Program-made: the position numbers and the translations under genes
The notes under the pieces: generated by a model
Seen by the model: only the letters and a program-made list of their open reading frames with translations
What the model was told of the DNA's origin: nothing
The model's database searches: none
DNA from: Candidatus Omnitrophota bacterium
GTDB taxonomy: Bacteria; Ratteibacteria; UBA8468; MWAK01
Direction of reading: 5' to 3'
Assembly: GCA_043797665.1 (NCBI GenBank)
Contig: JAZDPL010000073.1
Span: forward strand, 1 to 64,000
DNA: 64,000 nt
Shown here: positions 62,344-64,000 of the stretch, piece by piece
Numbering within the stretch: position 1 is the first letter of the stretch
Layout of the letters: every line of letters begins with the position of its first letter

Positions 62344-64000
62344 TTATTCTAAAAATAATAGGTGGTCTTCCAGACTCTGCTTCTTTTCCCGAAACTCTTT
62401 TTGTCTAACTTCTTCTCTACCGATAACCTCGGCCGGCGCCTTACTCAAGAACTCCGGGTTCTTTAGCCGGTTTTCAATCTTAGCCAGTTCTGCTTCCATC
62501 TCTTCCAATTCCTTCCGGAACCGAAATTTTTCCTTATCCGGGTCAAAGAGACCGGTCAGAGGCAGGAAGACCTCAGCCTTGCCTGAGAGGAGCCGGCAGG
62601 CTTCCATCTTCTGGCGCTGGTGGTTAGAGGTAACTTCAATCTCCGAGAGACCGGCCAATTTCAAGAAATAGTGTTTGGTTTCGGAAAGCAGCCCCTTTTC
62701 CTCCTGCGTAATCCGCAGAATCGCCGTTACTTTCTGACCCGGCGCAATATTAAATTCCCGCTTTAAATCACGGGTTGCGGTGATAGTTTCCAGGACCAAA
62801 TTCATCCGCTTATTTAAGCCAGGCTGGTAATGGCCCCGGCCGGTTGTAGGCCAGGCAGACAGCGCCAGAGGTTTGTCTGCTTTCAGACGGCTCCAGATCT
62901 CTTCGGTAAGAAAAGGCATTAGAGGATGGAGAAGGTGCAAGAACCGGTCCAGAACAAAGATTGCCACCGCAAGGCTGGTTTTATCACCTTTTTCTTCCAG
63001 GTCCACCTTCATCATCTCCAAATACCAGTCGCAGTACCGGTGCCAGAAGAACTGGTAGAGAGCGAGGGCATTTTCGTTGAGCCGCAGCGTTTTGAACCCC
63101 TTCTCAACATTCCGGCGGGTCTCTTCCAATTCGGAAAGAATCCAGCGCTGGCTGCTGGTAAGGGTCGGATAAATCCGACCCCTACACAGAGTGAGATGAG
63201 GGGAATCAGCCAATCCAATTTCCTCGGCGCGGGTTATGAGCAGACGGCTGGCGTTCCAGATTTTGTTGGCAAAGTTCCGGCCCAGGGTGAAACTCTTTCT
63301 CCCGATGAAGAGGTCCTGGCCCTGGCCGGCAAAAGAAATGAGGCTGAACCGCAGAGAATCCGCACCCACCTCTTCAATCACCTCCAAAGGGTCAATGACG
63401 TTGCCGTATGATTTGCTCATCTTTCTGCCGGTCTCATCCCTTACGGTTCCGTGGATATAGACTTCAGCGAAGGGTAATTTTCCGGTAAACTCCAGGCCAG
63501 CCATTACCATCCGGGCGACCCAGAAGAAGATGATTTCCGGTGCGGTAACCAGAATATGGGTGGGATAAAAGGACCGGAGGTCGGTGGTTTCTTCCGGCCA
63601 GCCAAAGACCGAGAAGGGCCAGAGCCAGGAGGAGAACCAGGTGTCCAGAACGTCCGAATCCTGGCTGATGTTGGTAGCGCCGCAGTCCGGACACCTATCC
63701 GGAGGTGTTTCCGAAACGATGATACCTTTAGCAGAATTGCGGTTGATACATTCTTGACAATAGTAGACCGGTATCCGGTGTCCCCACCAGATTTGCCGGC
63801 TGATGCACCAGTCTTCAATATTCTCCAGCCACTGCCGGTATACCTTCTGCCAGCGCTTCGGGTAGAAACGGGGCTTCCCTTTTTTTGCCCATTCCAGAGC
63901 GGATTCTGCCAGCGGTTTCATCCGGACAAACCACTGTTGGGAAAGGTATGGCTCCACCACAGTTTCGCACCGGTAACAACGACCGATACTGTGCTGGTAG
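62344..64000 (-). CDS. valS: Valine--tRNA ligase (5' part outside the window)
   Basis: DWCISRQIWWGH, DVLDTWFSS, KMSKS, C-terminal coiled coil. Confidence 0.98.
   Translation of the reverse strand, partial: YQHSIGRCYRCETVVEPYLSQQWFVRMKPLAESALEWAKKGKPRFYPKRWQKVYRQWLENIEDWCISRQIWWGHRIPVYYCQECINRNSAKGIIVSETPPDRCPDCGATNISQDSDVLDTWFSSWLWPFSVFGWPEETTDLRSFYPTHILVTAPEIIFFWVARMVMAGLEFTGKLPFAEVYIHGTVRDETGRKMSKSYGNVIDPLEVIEEVGADSLRFSLISFAGQGQDLFIGRKSFTLGRNFANKIWNASRLLITRAEEIGLADSPHLTLCRGRIYPTLTSSQRWILSELEETRRNVEKGFKTLRLNENALALYQFFWHRYCDWYLEMMKVDLEEKGDKTSLAVAIFVLDRFLHLLHPLMPFLTEEIWSRLKADKPLALSAWPTTGRGHYQPGLNKRMNLVLETITATRDLKREFNIAPGQKVTAILRITQEEKGLLSETKHYFLKLAGLSEIEVTSNHQRQKMEACRLLSGKAEVFLPLTGLFDPDKEKFRFRKELEEMEAELAKIENRLKNPEFLSKAPAEVIGREEVRQKEFREKKQSLEDHLLFLE
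63162..63185. repeat. Single family A REP, in frame inside valS
   Basis: GGGTCGGATAAATCCGACCCCTAC (24 bp) is identical to the half-unit at 60325-60348. Confidence 0.85.

Overview
Bacterial chromosome segment of moderate GC, probably from a PVC-related candidate lineage such as Omnitrophota or Ratteibacteria (inferred from gene content only). A housekeeping backbone (purS-like, murI, amidase, six tRNAs, pilD, recG, pcm, acyP, ligA, xerD, valS) alternates with three carbohydrate-utilisation loci (about 0.26-10.4 kb, 16.5-22.3 kb and 42.5-57 kb). Each locus contains a prepilin-type H-X9-DG (DUF1559-like) gene next to glycoside-hydrolase-like and sugar-binding genes. Main observations: (1) a CsoR-type operon with a clear operator that encodes a 76-aa lipoprotein whose last 43 residues hold 15 Cys, i.e. 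a candidate lipid-anchored, exported metallothionein; (2) a split duplicate of xerD whose 5' and 3' ends bracket about 10.8 kb of sugar genes, followed by a toxin-antitoxin pair and the intact xerD; (3) many small palindromic repeats, several read in frame inside xerD, valS and other genes; (4) a 303-bp MITE between the amidase promoter and gene, and a 186-bp hairpin element at tRNA-Cys; (5) tRNA-Arg(GCG); (6) a Csd4/Csd6-like peptidoglycan-trimming operon. All product calls come from motif recognition by eye, not database searches.
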